Assembly: GCA_035634255.1 (NCBI GenBank)
Contig: DASQDI010000089.1
Location: forward strand, 45,142 to 109,141
Length of the DNA stretch: 64,000 nt
Reading direction: 5' to 3'
DNA from: Blastocatellia bacterium
Lineage (GTDB): Bacteria > Acidobacteriota > Blastocatellia > UBA7656
Part shown: positions 1-8,332 of the stretch, piece by piece
Numbering within the stretch: position 1 is the stretch's first letter
Layout of the letters: each line of letters starts with the position of its first letter
Position numbers and translations under genes: made by a program
The notes under the pieces: generated by a model
Told to the model about the DNA's origin: nothing
Seen by the model: only the letters and a program-made list of their open reading frames with translations
Databases searched by the model: none

Positions 1-820
1 TCACCCCGACCACGCCGCTCTGGCCGATCAGAGGGGCGCACATCACCGACTGCACGCCCTGCACGGCGAGGGACGCCGAGCTCTCGAAGCGCTGGTCGGC
101 CTGCGCGTCGATGGAGAGCAGGGAGACGCGCTCGGACAACACGCGGTCGAGCACGGTCCGGCTGATGGTGAACCTCTCGTCCCTGCGTCCCCCGTCGCGG
201 AACTCCGTCGCGAACGGCGAGAGCTGGTCGCCATCTTTCAGCAGCACGATGAAGCGGTCGGCGGCCGTCGTGCGGAATATCATCTCGCTCACTTTTTTGA
301 ATATGTCCCCGAGCGAGAATACGGAGCTGAGCATCCGGCTCAGTTCGTAAAGGCGCGACAGCACCTCGGCCTTCACCTGAAGGTCCGCGATCTCTTCGCG
401 CGACAGGGCGGACGGGGGGTGCTCGCCCATGCGCCGGCCGGTGTCGTAGGTGATGTGCGCGGGGCTGCGCAGCAGAACGTTCTCGCCGATCTGGCCGTCC
501 TCGAACCGCACGTCGAGGTGCTCGGGCCGGTCTTCGAACCGGAGGGAGTAAGAGCCTATCGCGATCAGGTCTCCGTTGCGCAGCAGGGCCTCGTCGACGC
601 GCTGCCCGTTCACGAAAGTCCCGTTGGCGCTCTTGAGATCGACCAGCCTGCACGCCTGCTCGGACCACTGCACGATGGCGTGCACGCGCGACACCTGGCT
701 GTCGCTCAGGGAGATGTCGTTGACCGACAGGGAGCGCCCGATGCGGGTCTCCGGCCCCGACAGCTCGAAAGTCGAAACGTCCCCCGAACCGGCCTTCTTT
801 ATAATCAGCTTCGGCGGCAT
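1..820 (-). CDS. FHA-domain plus GAF-domain signalling protein, C-terminus runs off the window start (partial)
   Basis: Manual minus-strand translation from ATG at 820 (RBS GGAGGTGAG upstream; stop of the upstream gene at 830) gives MPPKLIIKKAGSGDVSTFELSGPETRIGRSLSVNDISLSDSQVSRVHAIVQWSEQACRLVDLKSANGTFVNGQRVDEALLRNGDLI..., a classic FHA pattern (GR...D..L.D..VSR.HA....L.DL.S.NGT.VNG). It is followed by a GAF-like segment (...FIVLLKDGDQLSPFATEFRDGGRRDERFTISRTVLDRVLSERVSLLSIDAQADQRFESSASLAVQGVQSVMCAPLI...). No stop before position 1. Absent from the supplied ORF track because it is open-ended. Confidence 0.6.
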   Translation of the reverse strand, partial: MPPKLIIKKAGSGDVSTFELSGPETRIGRSLSVNDISLSDSQVSRVHAIVQWSEQACRLVDLKSANGTFVNGQRVDEALLRNGDLIAIGSYSLRFEDRPEHLDVRFEDGQIGENVLLRSPAHITYDTGRRMGEHPPSALSREEIADLQVKAEVLSRLYELSRMLSSVFSLGDIFKKVSEMIFRTTAADRFIVLLKDGDQLSPFATEFRDGGRRDERFTISRTVLDRVLSERVSLLSIDAQADQRFESSASLAVQGVQSVMCAPLIGQSGVVGV

Positions 821-829
821 ACTCACCTC

Positions 830-1600
830 CTACCACTCATACTCGCGCCCGATCTCGGCGACAAATACCGGGGGGGCCTCAAGCCGCGCGAGCTGCCGCA
901 CTACCTGCTCGCGGTTGCTGGGCTTGATGTGTACGGCAAAGACCTGCGCCTCTCTTTCGAGCTTTGTGAGGTCGCGGGCCAGCGTCCGCGGGGTGAAGTG
1001 CCTCGACGCGGCCGCGAGCTCCTCAAGCTCGTCCGGGTAAGAGACATCGACGAAGATCGCCTTCAGCCGCTCGCACCGGTTGGCCGCCCGCCATATCGCG
1101 TCGGTCGTGCAGGTGTCCGAGGTGAACAACACGGAGGCCGAGTCGTCCTCGACCAGCAGCCCCATCGTCTCGACGACGTGGTTGACCGGTATGGGGGTCA
1201 CCTTAAGGCCCGCGATCCGCGTGGCCAGCAGCGGCTCAAGGGGGTGGAATTCGAGCGCGGGGCCGGCCCCGTTGGCGAGCGGAATCTTCTCGAAGTCCGG
1301 CCACACCTGATCGTTGAAGACGAATTCGCGCAGGGCGGAGATGACCGCGCGCGTGCCGTAGACCGTGATCGGCTCCGTCAGGCCGGTGAATGCCTCGGCT
1401 ATGAAGATGGGCAGCGAAGCGGTGTGGTCGCTGTGAGAGTGCGTTATCACGATGTGGCGGAGAGAGGCCATCTCCTCCGGCGCGAGCGCCAGCCCGATGC
1501 TGCCGCCGTCGACGGCCAGACAGTCGTTAACCAGAAAAGAGGTCAACGCCTGATGCTGCGCGCCGGATGCGATGCTGCTCGGCAAGAGTTTGATTTTCAT
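830..1600 (-). CDS. metallo-beta-lactamase-fold hydrolase, class II 3',5'-cyclic-nucleotide phosphodiesterase-like (CpdP/PDE1-like)
   Basis: 256 aa; HSHSDH (HxHxDH metal motif) in IVITHSHSDHTASLPIFIAE; N-terminal LTSFLVND..LAVDGGS resembles the class-II cAMP phosphodiesterase N-terminal signature; stop at 830 sits 10 nt before the next gene's ATG. Confidence 0.6.
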   Translation of the reverse strand: MKIKLLPSSIASGAQHQALTSFLVNDCLAVDGGSIGLALAPEEMASLRHIVITHSHSDHTASLPIFIAEAFTGLTEPITVYGTRAVISALREFVFNDQVWPDFEKIPLANGAGPALEFHPLEPLLATRIAGLKVTPIPVNHVVETMGLLVEDDSASVLFTSDTCTTDAIWRAANRCERLKAIFVDVSYPDELEELAAASRHFTPRTLARDLTKLEREAQVFAVHIKPSNREQVVRQLARLEAPPVFVAEIGREYEW

Positions 1601-1738
1601 GAATCTCCGGTTCAGGGGCCGGTGGTCAGTGGTCAGGAGTCAGGGGCTAAGGAAGGAGCATCTCAGACTCTCTTTGTAGAATCCTTTTCGAGTATATCGA
1701 AATCTCAAGTTGCATCTCTGAATCCCGACCCCTGACCC

Positions 1739-4700
1739 CTAGCTAATCTTAACCCCGAGGCTTTCGAGAAACTTCGTCGGCTTCTCGCCGCCTATCAGGG
1801 CGAACACGTAATCGTTCGGGATCCGCGCCTTCTCCTCCCCCGTCTTCACGTCTTTCAGTACCACTTCGCCCTCTTTAATCTCTTTGATCTCGGCCCGAAA
1901 ATACACCTTGATCCTGCCCTTATCCATGCAGTCGTACACGTTCATCTTGTTGCCCAACTTCAGGTCGGCTTTGAAATCGCTGCGCACGACCAGAGTCACT
2001 TCGTTGTCGCGCGTGAAGGTCATGCCGTCCCCGTCGCGCCTGAGGCCGCACAGGTCGACCGCCGCCTCCACCGCCGAATTTCCCGCGCCCACGACGACGC
2101 ACTTCCGGCCGGAATAGTCGTCGGGGTCCGTGAGCCTGTACTTGACCTTGCTGTCCTGGTAGGAGGCGGTCAGGGTCTCCGGGAACTGGCTGCCGCACGC
2201 CGCACAGCGGACTTGCGCGCCCTGCCGCGCGGCCCCGCACTTCACGCAATGCTTCACAAGTCCCGGCTGAAGTTTGATCGTCAACTCTTCGCCCGGCACT
2301 CTGAGCTTCATGGGGGTCCCGCGGTTGCCTATCGCGAGGATCACCGCGCGCGCCTTGTAAGCGGAGGTATCTTTTAATTTGCCCTTCTCCGTGACGACTC
2401 GGAAGAAGCCCTGCTCGCGCTTGATGTCTTTGCAACTCTCCTGGTCGTGAATCGCGATGCCGTTTGACTTCATCGTCCGCATCCAGCTTTCGAGTATCTG
2501 CTCTTTCTTGTCGCCGGCGCCCGCCAGAGGCAGCCCGCCCCTCGCGTCCATCGTGTCGGGCTTGAAGTAGATATATTTGCCCGCCGGGTACGCCTCGATG
2601 GTGCTCACGACCCGGTCCTGCTCTACGAGAATGTATTTGAGGCCGCGCTGCCGCGCGATCACGGCGGCGGACAGCCCCGCGGGGCCCGCGCCGATCACGG
2701 CCACGTCGTAGTCGGCCTCGCCCGACGCCTCTCCGCGGAACGACTCGATTATGTGGTCCACGACCTGCGCGCCTTCGTTAACGGCGTTCTTGATCAGGGG
2801 CACTCCCGACACGTCCCCGATCAGGTAGATGCCATCGACGTTGGTCATGAATCTCTGGTCCCGCGCCGGGACCTTCCTCGGCTGGATAACCTTCGTGGTG
2901 TTGATGACGATGCAGGCTTTCGGGTTGGTGGGGCATTCGACCTGGCAGCTTGTGTCCTCCATGCATTGATCGATGGCGACCGAAGTGGCGATCCCGTTGA
3001 CGATGGCTAAGACATCGTGCGGGCACACTTCGACGCAGGCGTGGCAGCCTATGCAGAGCACGGGGTCTATGACCGGGTGAGGGTAGGCCGGGCCGACCTC
3101 TTTGAGCTTGTCGAGGTCAAGCGACCGGCTCCCGAGCATGCCGCTCGATTCGGCCTGCCCGTCATGTTCGGCCCGCGGCCTCACGGTTTTGAAGAGGCTC
3201 CTGCGGCGAACGGTCCCCGCGAAGACCGCCGCGAGCCCGAACAGAATGGGCGCGCCGACCAGCGCGAGCCATACCCTCCACGAGAGCGCGCCCATGCCCG
3301 AGATGAAGCCGCCCGCGGGCGCGTCGCGGTCCTGCCTTATCCGCCCGGCCTCTCCGACCCCCGCGAAGACGCGCGCGGTGGCGAGCCTGTCGGAGTCTTC
3401 ACCGGGGCCGCCCGCTCCCAGGGTGGTGAAGTAGGCTTTCAGCTTCCTCTCGTCGTCTTCGGCAGAGGCGAGGAATTTGGCGAGGTCTTCGCTCTGGCCG
3501 TGCTGCTGATGACAGCCGTTGCAATTCGCCTGCACGCGCTCGACGCGGCCCTCGGAGACCGAGGCGACCCCGTGGCACTTGGCGCACTCGTCGCGGGGCG
3601 AGTCACGATAGATGGCGCTGCCCCGCGTGCCGGAGTGGCAGTCTTTGCAGGTCATCCTGTCCTTCATCCTGCCCAGCTGGTGAACTCCGTGGAACTGGTC
3701 GTGGGGACTCAGAGTCGCCACGTATCCCGGCAGTCCCTTCCTCTTCACCTGCTCCGCCGAAAGCTTCCACTGCCACGTGCCGTTCGCTTTCGGGTAGCCG
3801 GTCACGCCCCCGTGCGGGATGGCGAGCGGGCTCCCGGCCCTCTCCCCGGTCTTTATCTCGTACGAGCCGTTGTGACAATTCGCGCACAGACCGTAGCTCA
3901 TCAACCCCATCTCGGAGTCGGTCCCCTCGTGCTCCGTGTGACAGGCCGTGCAGCCCATGCCTTCCCGCTCGTGCGCGTCGTAGATGGCGGGCCGGAATGC
4001 CTGCGTCGTGTGGCAGTCTCCGCACTTGTTCTGCATCAGAGAGGTGATGCCGTGGCAGCTCGAACACGACCCGCCATTCGGTTGCAGGGCGACGTTGCGC
4101 GCGGGCGGGGCCGCCCCGGACTGCGCGGACGCCGAGTGCGCGGCCGAGAGAGGCCCCGGCGAGTAGGCTTCGTCGAAGAGATAAAGCGCGCCCAGCGAAG
4201 CGGCGGCGACCGCTATCACGCCCCACGCGAAGTACGATTTGCGCCAGAGCCTTTTCAGGTCGAGTGTAGGCCGCCAGTTCCATTGCGCCTTGCCCACCCT
4301 CTGATTCTCCTTTGGGTGGAGCGGCGTGCGGGCGTTGATCTTGCCGGCCTCGCGCCTGCGCTTCTCCCAGAACACGTCGAGAGCCTGCTGATCGATTGAA
4401 GGCAGCGCGGTGTTGAGCAGGCCCCTGCCGGGGAGCCGTCCCGTGGGAGGAACCCCCGCCCGCTTCTTCGCGGAAGCCACGGGCATCCTGACCAGCACCG
4501 TCGCGCCCGAGCCGTCGTCGACCGGAAGGACCTTGCTCGGGGTGAGGCCGAGCGCGTGCAGTTCCAGCTCCCGCTCGACCGTTATGGCGAGCGCGTTCCC
4601 GAGACGACTCGCGGCCAGAACGTACGGCCCGATCTGAATTATGTCCCCTTCGGAGAGCGGGCTCTTCTCCACAAGCTCGCCATTGAGCACAGTGCCGTTC

Positions 4701-4915
4701 GAGTTCGAAAGGTTGAAGAGCCAGAACTCGCCGTTGATCTCTTTTATCCCGGCGTGCGTGCGGGAGACCGCGCGGTGGTTGAGGACGAGGTCGTTGCCTA
4801 TCAGGCGGCCGATGGTCAGCCCCTCGCTTTCGAGGGCCACGTCGTCGACGCCCCGGTCCTTGTCTTTCCTCTTAATGATGAAGTTACTCTTTGCGGACAT
4901 AGCATCCCACTTCAT
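1739..4915 (-). CDS. multidomain redox protein: N-terminal FHA domain, TM helix, heptaheme cytochrome c domain, TM helix, 2x[4Fe-4S] ferredoxin domain, FAD/NAD(P)-dependent pyridine-nucleotide-disulfide-type oxidoreductase domain
   Basis: ORF 1739..5002; start assigned to ATG at 4915, which forms an ATGA overlap with the TGA stop of the upstream gene (4912-4914). FHA: GRLIGNDLVLNHRAVSRTHAGIKEINGEFWLFNLSNSNGTVLNGELV...GDIIQIG. TM1 YFAWGVIAVAAASLGALYLF. Seven CxxCH motifs (CSSCH, CGDCH, CTACH, CANCH, CKDCH, CAKCH, CNGCH). TM2 WRVWLALVGAPILFGLAAVFAG. Fe-S: CIGCHACVEVCP and CQVECP. Rossmann folds DYDVAVIGAGPAGLSAA and KCVVVGAGNSAVEAAVDL, plus an inserted C4 zinc ribbon (CVKCGAARQGAQVRCAACG). Confidence 0.85.
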   Translation of the reverse strand: MKWDAMSAKSNFIIKRKDKDRGVDDVALESEGLTIGRLIGNDLVLNHRAVSRTHAGIKEINGEFWLFNLSNSNGTVLNGELVEKSPLSEGDIIQIGPYVLAASRLGNALAITVERELELHALGLTPSKVLPVDDGSGATVLVRMPVASAKKRAGVPPTGRLPGRGLLNTALPSIDQQALDVFWEKRRREAGKINARTPLHPKENQRVGKAQWNWRPTLDLKRLWRKSYFAWGVIAVAAASLGALYLFDEAYSPGPLSAAHSASAQSGAAPPARNVALQPNGGSCSSCHGITSLMQNKCGDCHTTQAFRPAIYDAHEREGMGCTACHTEHEGTDSEMGLMSYGLCANCHNGSYEIKTGERAGSPLAIPHGGVTGYPKANGTWQWKLSAEQVKRKGLPGYVATLSPHDQFHGVHQLGRMKDRMTCKDCHSGTRGSAIYRDSPRDECAKCHGVASVSEGRVERVQANCNGCHQQHGQSEDLAKFLASAEDDERKLKAYFTTLGAGGPGEDSDRLATARVFAGVGEAGRIRQDRDAPAGGFISGMGALSWRVWLALVGAPILFGLAAVFAGTVRRRSLFKTVRPRAEHDGQAESSGMLGSRSLDLDKLKEVGPAYPHPVIDPVLCIGCHACVEVCPHDVLAIVNGIATSVAIDQCMEDTSCQVECPTNPKACIVINTTKVIQPRKVPARDQRFMTNVDGIYLIGDVSGVPLIKNAVNEGAQVVDHIIESFRGEASGEADYDVAVIGAGPAGLSAAVIARQRGLKYILVEQDRVVSTIEAYPAGKYIYFKPDTMDARGGLPLAGAGDKKEQILESWMRTMKSNGIAIHDQESCKDIKREQGFFRVVTEKGKLKDTSAYKARAVILAIGNRGTPMKLRVPGEELTIKLQPGLVKHCVKCGAARQGAQVRCAACGSQFPETLTASYQDSKVKYRLTDPDDYSGRKCVVVGAGNSAVEAAVDLCGLRRDGDGMTFTRDNEVTLVVRSDFKADLKLGNKMNVYDCMDKGRIKVYFRAEIKEIKEGEVVLKDVKTGEEKARIPNDYVFALIGGEKPTKFLESLGVKIS

Positions 4916-7347
4916 TCGGCCGCGTAATAGATCACCTGAATTATGTGAACGATCATGAGGGCGAGCATAATGGAAGTGGTCGCCACATGCGGCGGCAGCC
5001 ACACCTTCAGCAGGCGGTGTACGTAGATCAGCGCGTCGACCCTCCTCAGGGCCGCCGCCGATTCGACCGCGCGCAGAAGCTTCCGCCTGTCCCTCTCGCT
5101 CTCCAACCTCCCGGCTTCACCCTCGAACTCTCCCTTCGCCAGGTCGAGCGCCCGGTCGGGGTCCTCGCGCTTCGTGTACTGTTTGAGCAGGTACCCGAAA
5201 GAGATGAACCGCGGAATCACTCGCCTCTTTATCAGGTGCGAAACCTGCTCCGACGTATCCGAGGCAAGCTCCATCAACTCTTTCTGCAACTCCTGCCGGC
5301 GCACGAGCAGGTCGTCGAGCAGGAGCGGAGCGCCTTCGATCTTCGTGAGCAGTCGCGGGCCGAGGTAATAACAGGCGATCCCGAACAGGCCGGTGAGTAT
5401 CACGAGATCGAAGCTGATCATGAGGGCCGTCGTGAGCATCCCCCCGGAGTCCGTGCCGCCGTGGAGGAAGATCATCACCGCGCCCAGTACCCCCAGGTAA
5501 GAATGCGCGAGCATCCAGTACCTCAGAGCGCCCGCGCGCTTCTTGTATATCTGCCGCCTCACCGGGTAGAGCATCGCGAAGAAGATCGCCGCGAGCCCCG
5601 CGAGGCCCGTGACCCACCGCATGTTGAGAAAGCCCCAGAGCCGCTCTCCGAACCCGTAACGGTCGAGGCCGAAGACCGCCGCCGCCGACAGCAGCAGGAG
5701 GCCGAGGATTCCCACGGCATGCGTGAGGCGGCGGGGCGGGTCCGACCTGTGAATGTTGCGGCCATAGGCGTGCCTCGGGTCGAGAACGAGCAGCCCCTCG
5801 ATCTCCCCGATCTCCGTGAAGTACTCGCGCGGGTTGATGCGCGCCAGAGCGCCGGTTGGGCAGTTCTCTTCGCAGCTGTAGGCGCGCCGCCTCGCGGTCG
5901 GAGGGTTGAGCGAGGCGCGGTCGCTGCACAGGTTGCACTTGACCGCGAGCAGGTCGTCGGTCGCTTCGACCGGCGGCGGGAGCGGGTCGAGCCTGATCCG
6001 CAGCAGGTCTTTCAAGCGCGCGGCTAAGCCCATCTTCGACGAAGCCGGGGGCCTGCGCGAGGTCATCGAGATCGCGTCGTAAGGGCACTGGGCCGCGCAG
6101 TCCCCGCAGCCGATGCAGGTCGATGTGTTTATGTCGATCTGCCCCCCGGTGAAACGCCCGATGGCCCCGGTCGGGCACCCGGTCAGGCACTCCGGGTCCT
6201 TGCAATGCATGCAGACTTCGGGCGAAAGGAGGCTCTGACGCGCGCCCGCCTTCGGGGCCTTCAGCCGCGTTATGTGGATGCCTCGTCGCGTGAGCCGCGA
6301 CTGCCCGTGAATCTTATGGCAGGCCAGGGAGCAGTTGCCGCACCTGACGCAGAGGTCCATGTCCATCACGAGCAGGTTGGTCGCGTCCACCAGCCCCGTG
6401 TCTATCAGGTCTTCGCGCGCCGACATCACCGCGGAACGCACTCCCGGAGCCTGTTTCGTGTCTTCGAGCGGGAACGGCGGCGGGGTAAATCGCGCGAGCT
6501 CCGAGGAGAGAGACTCCCTGACCGCGGGCGTTTGCCGGAGCGGGTCAATGGGTATTTCAATGACTTCGGCGCGGGCCATGATCGTGACTGTGTAAGGCCA
6601 CAGGGAGTTTTTCATCACCTCTTCCAGCCCGAAGCAGAAGCCGCTCCCAAGGAAGTCCCGGACCTCGGAGCCCCCGGCCTGTCTGCTCCTGCGAATCCAC
6701 CCTTCCTTGATTATGTACACCCGATCCGCCGGCAGGCCCTCGTGAAAGAGGACGTGGTTCTTGGAGTAGATTTTGAATGACGAGAGATTCTGAAGCTCGG
6801 GCGTCAGTTCCGGCCTGAGGCCCGTAACGAGCTTCAGGTCCTCGATGGCCGCATTCCTGCCGTGGAGCCGGTAAGTCTTGTCGAGCGTCTCCCCGAATTG
6901 CGGGAGCTTGCGAAGGAGCCTGAGGGCCGGGCGCTGCACCTCCAATATATCGGCAGGCGCGAGCCGCGAAGATTTGACCGTGGCGTTGCGAGGCACGCCC
7001 GCCAGCACCGACATCTCGCCGAACTGCGCCCCCGGCCTCAGCTCCGCGACCTTAAGCTCCCCGTCGCCGGGCGTGTTGACCAGCACGTCGGCCGAGCCCC
7101 TGACCAGCAGGTAGAAGGTATTGCCGCCCCAGTCGCCTTCCCTGACCACGACCTCGCCCGGCTCGTAAGTCAGCAGGCGCACGTAAGGGCCGACCTTCTT
7201 CCCCCCGTAGTTGCGCCCGTAAACGATCACTTCGAGGTCCAGCTCGTAATTGAAATGGCCGTCGTTCATCGAGAGCAGCTCGGACACGGAAGGGAGGTCC
7301 CTGATCGCGTCGAGCACCTCGCGGCGACTCTTATGTTCAAGCGGCAT
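4912..7347 (-). CDS. tandem cyclic-nucleotide-binding domain protein fused to a 4x[4Fe-4S] ferredoxin-like module and a C-terminal polytopic membrane domain with conserved His
   Basis: 811 aa. Two CAP-family cNMP-binding domains (FGEMSVL...RNATV; FGLEEV). Cys clusters CVRCGNCSLAC, CMHCKDPECLTGCP, CIGCGDCAAQCP, CNLCS...CEENCP. About five hydrophobic helices at the C-terminus with His (MLAHSYLG, IFLHGG, MIVHIIQ). Confidence 0.85.
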   Translation of the reverse strand: MPLEHKSRREVLDAIRDLPSVSELLSMNDGHFNYELDLEVIVYGRNYGGKKVGPYVRLLTYEPGEVVVREGDWGGNTFYLLVRGSADVLVNTPGDGELKVAELRPGAQFGEMSVLAGVPRNATVKSSRLAPADILEVQRPALRLLRKLPQFGETLDKTYRLHGRNAAIEDLKLVTGLRPELTPELQNLSSFKIYSKNHVLFHEGLPADRVYIIKEGWIRRSRQAGGSEVRDFLGSGFCFGLEEVMKNSLWPYTVTIMARAEVIEIPIDPLRQTPAVRESLSSELARFTPPPFPLEDTKQAPGVRSAVMSAREDLIDTGLVDATNLLVMDMDLCVRCGNCSLACHKIHGQSRLTRRGIHITRLKAPKAGARQSLLSPEVCMHCKDPECLTGCPTGAIGRFTGGQIDINTSTCIGCGDCAAQCPYDAISMTSRRPPASSKMGLAARLKDLLRIRLDPLPPPVEATDDLLAVKCNLCSDRASLNPPTARRRAYSCEENCPTGALARINPREYFTEIGEIEGLLVLDPRHAYGRNIHRSDPPRRLTHAVGILGLLLLSAAAVFGLDRYGFGERLWGFLNMRWVTGLAGLAAIFFAMLYPVRRQIYKKRAGALRYWMLAHSYLGVLGAVMIFLHGGTDSGGMLTTALMISFDLVILTGLFGIACYYLGPRLLTKIEGAPLLLDDLLVRRQELQKELMELASDTSEQVSHLIKRRVIPRFISFGYLLKQYTKREDPDRALDLAKGEFEGEAGRLESERDRRKLLRAVESAAALRRVDALIYVHRLLKVWLPPHVATTSIMLALMIVHIIQVIYYAAE

Positions 7348-7438
7348 AAATGATGACCCTTAACACCCGTCTGATCGCTCCCTTCATCGCGACCGCTCTT
7401 CTTTCAGGCAATGAATGATTCTCCATCGCGAACCGTCA

Positions 7439-8317
7439 TCAGAAAGGGAGCGCCCCCGTGTGGCACTTCGTGCACACGGCTTCGCGCGCGCGGACGTGAC
7501 AACTCCAGCAGGCCGAGCTGTGCCTCTGCCCGCTCGCGGTGCTGATCTCCATAATGTCCGGGCGCGTCGCGTTCCCGCCCGCGTCGGAAGTCTTGTGGCA
7601 CCTCGCGCAGTCGACCTTTCCGGTGTGCGAAGCGTGCCTGAAATTATAGAGCCTGAACGCGGACCCGAGGCCGCGACTGCCTTTCGACGCGGTCGCGGCC
7701 TCCGAGTGGCAGACTCTGCACTCGCTCAACTGCTGGCCCGCCTGATGCGCGTGGCAACTGTAACACTGCTCGTGCGCGGGGAAGCTGGCGTTCACGCCCG
7801 CCGGGTCGAACCGATGGCAGCGGTCGCACTTGCCCGCGTCCGCGTCCGAAGGCATCTTCGACGGGTCGAGGTGGGTCTTATGCGAAAACCCTTTCAGCCC
7901 GAACTCGCCGAGTTTTTCCGGGAAGCTTATCAACTTCCCGTCCACCGGGACCACGTGACAGATCACGCAAAGCTCGCTCGTGGACGAGCTCATGTCCTGC
8001 ACGTGACACTCGATGCATGCCCTGTGGCCCGGAAATTTCGGGACCACATCGTTGTCGGCCCGCTCGTGGCAGGCGTTGCAGTCCTGCGCCCTGGTCCTGT
8101 GCTCGGGCCGGTTGTGATCGAAGGGCGACCTCTTCTCAATCGTCTTCGAGACGACGACGTTGAAGGGCGATTCTACAGACGCCCGCTCGGGCTGCGGCGA
8201 TTCCGAAGGCGCGGGCTGCGTGCGCTTCGCCTCCCTGCACGCGAGCAGGCCGAGCATCAGCGACACGGCCGCGACCGCGACCACGCGCTTGATTTTTATG
8301 GCCCTGTGATTCCGCAT
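7439..8317 (-). CDS. multiheme cytochrome c (about 9 CxxCH), probable lipoprotein
   Basis: 292 aa; signal/lipobox-like LLACREA; CNACH, CIECH, CVICH, CDRCH, CYSCH, CRVCH, CARCH, CWSCH, CTKCH. Confidence 0.85.
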   Translation of the reverse strand: MRNHRAIKIKRVVAVAAVSLMLGLLACREAKRTQPAPSESPQPERASVESPFNVVVSKTIEKRSPFDHNRPEHRTRAQDCNACHERADNDVVPKFPGHRACIECHVQDMSSSTSELCVICHVVPVDGKLISFPEKLGEFGLKGFSHKTHLDPSKMPSDADAGKCDRCHRFDPAGVNASFPAHEQCYSCHAHQAGQQLSECRVCHSEAATASKGSRGLGSAFRLYNFRHASHTGKVDCARCHKTSDAGGNATRPDIMEISTASGQRHSSACWSCHVRAREAVCTKCHTGALPF

Positions 8318-8332
8318 CTCCGCCGCCCCCTC

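Noticed and set aside
419-1735. 438-aa plus-strand ORF (and nested 576..1040, 1080..1310)
   Set aside because: It lies antisense to two well-supported minus-strand genes (FHA-GAF and the metallo-beta-lactamase-fold enzyme), and its translation is low-complexity and Arg/Ala/Gly-rich, typical of high-GC antisense artefacts.
3017-4399. 460-aa plus-strand ORF, with other long antisense ORFs inside the cytochrome operon (e.g. 4945..6027, 7415..9274, 10679..12643, 14646..15989)
   Set aside because: All are antisense to genes with clear CxxCH, Fe-S or domain signatures; products are Arg/Pro/Gly-rich with no motifs, which is the shadow-ORF pattern in GC-rich DNA.
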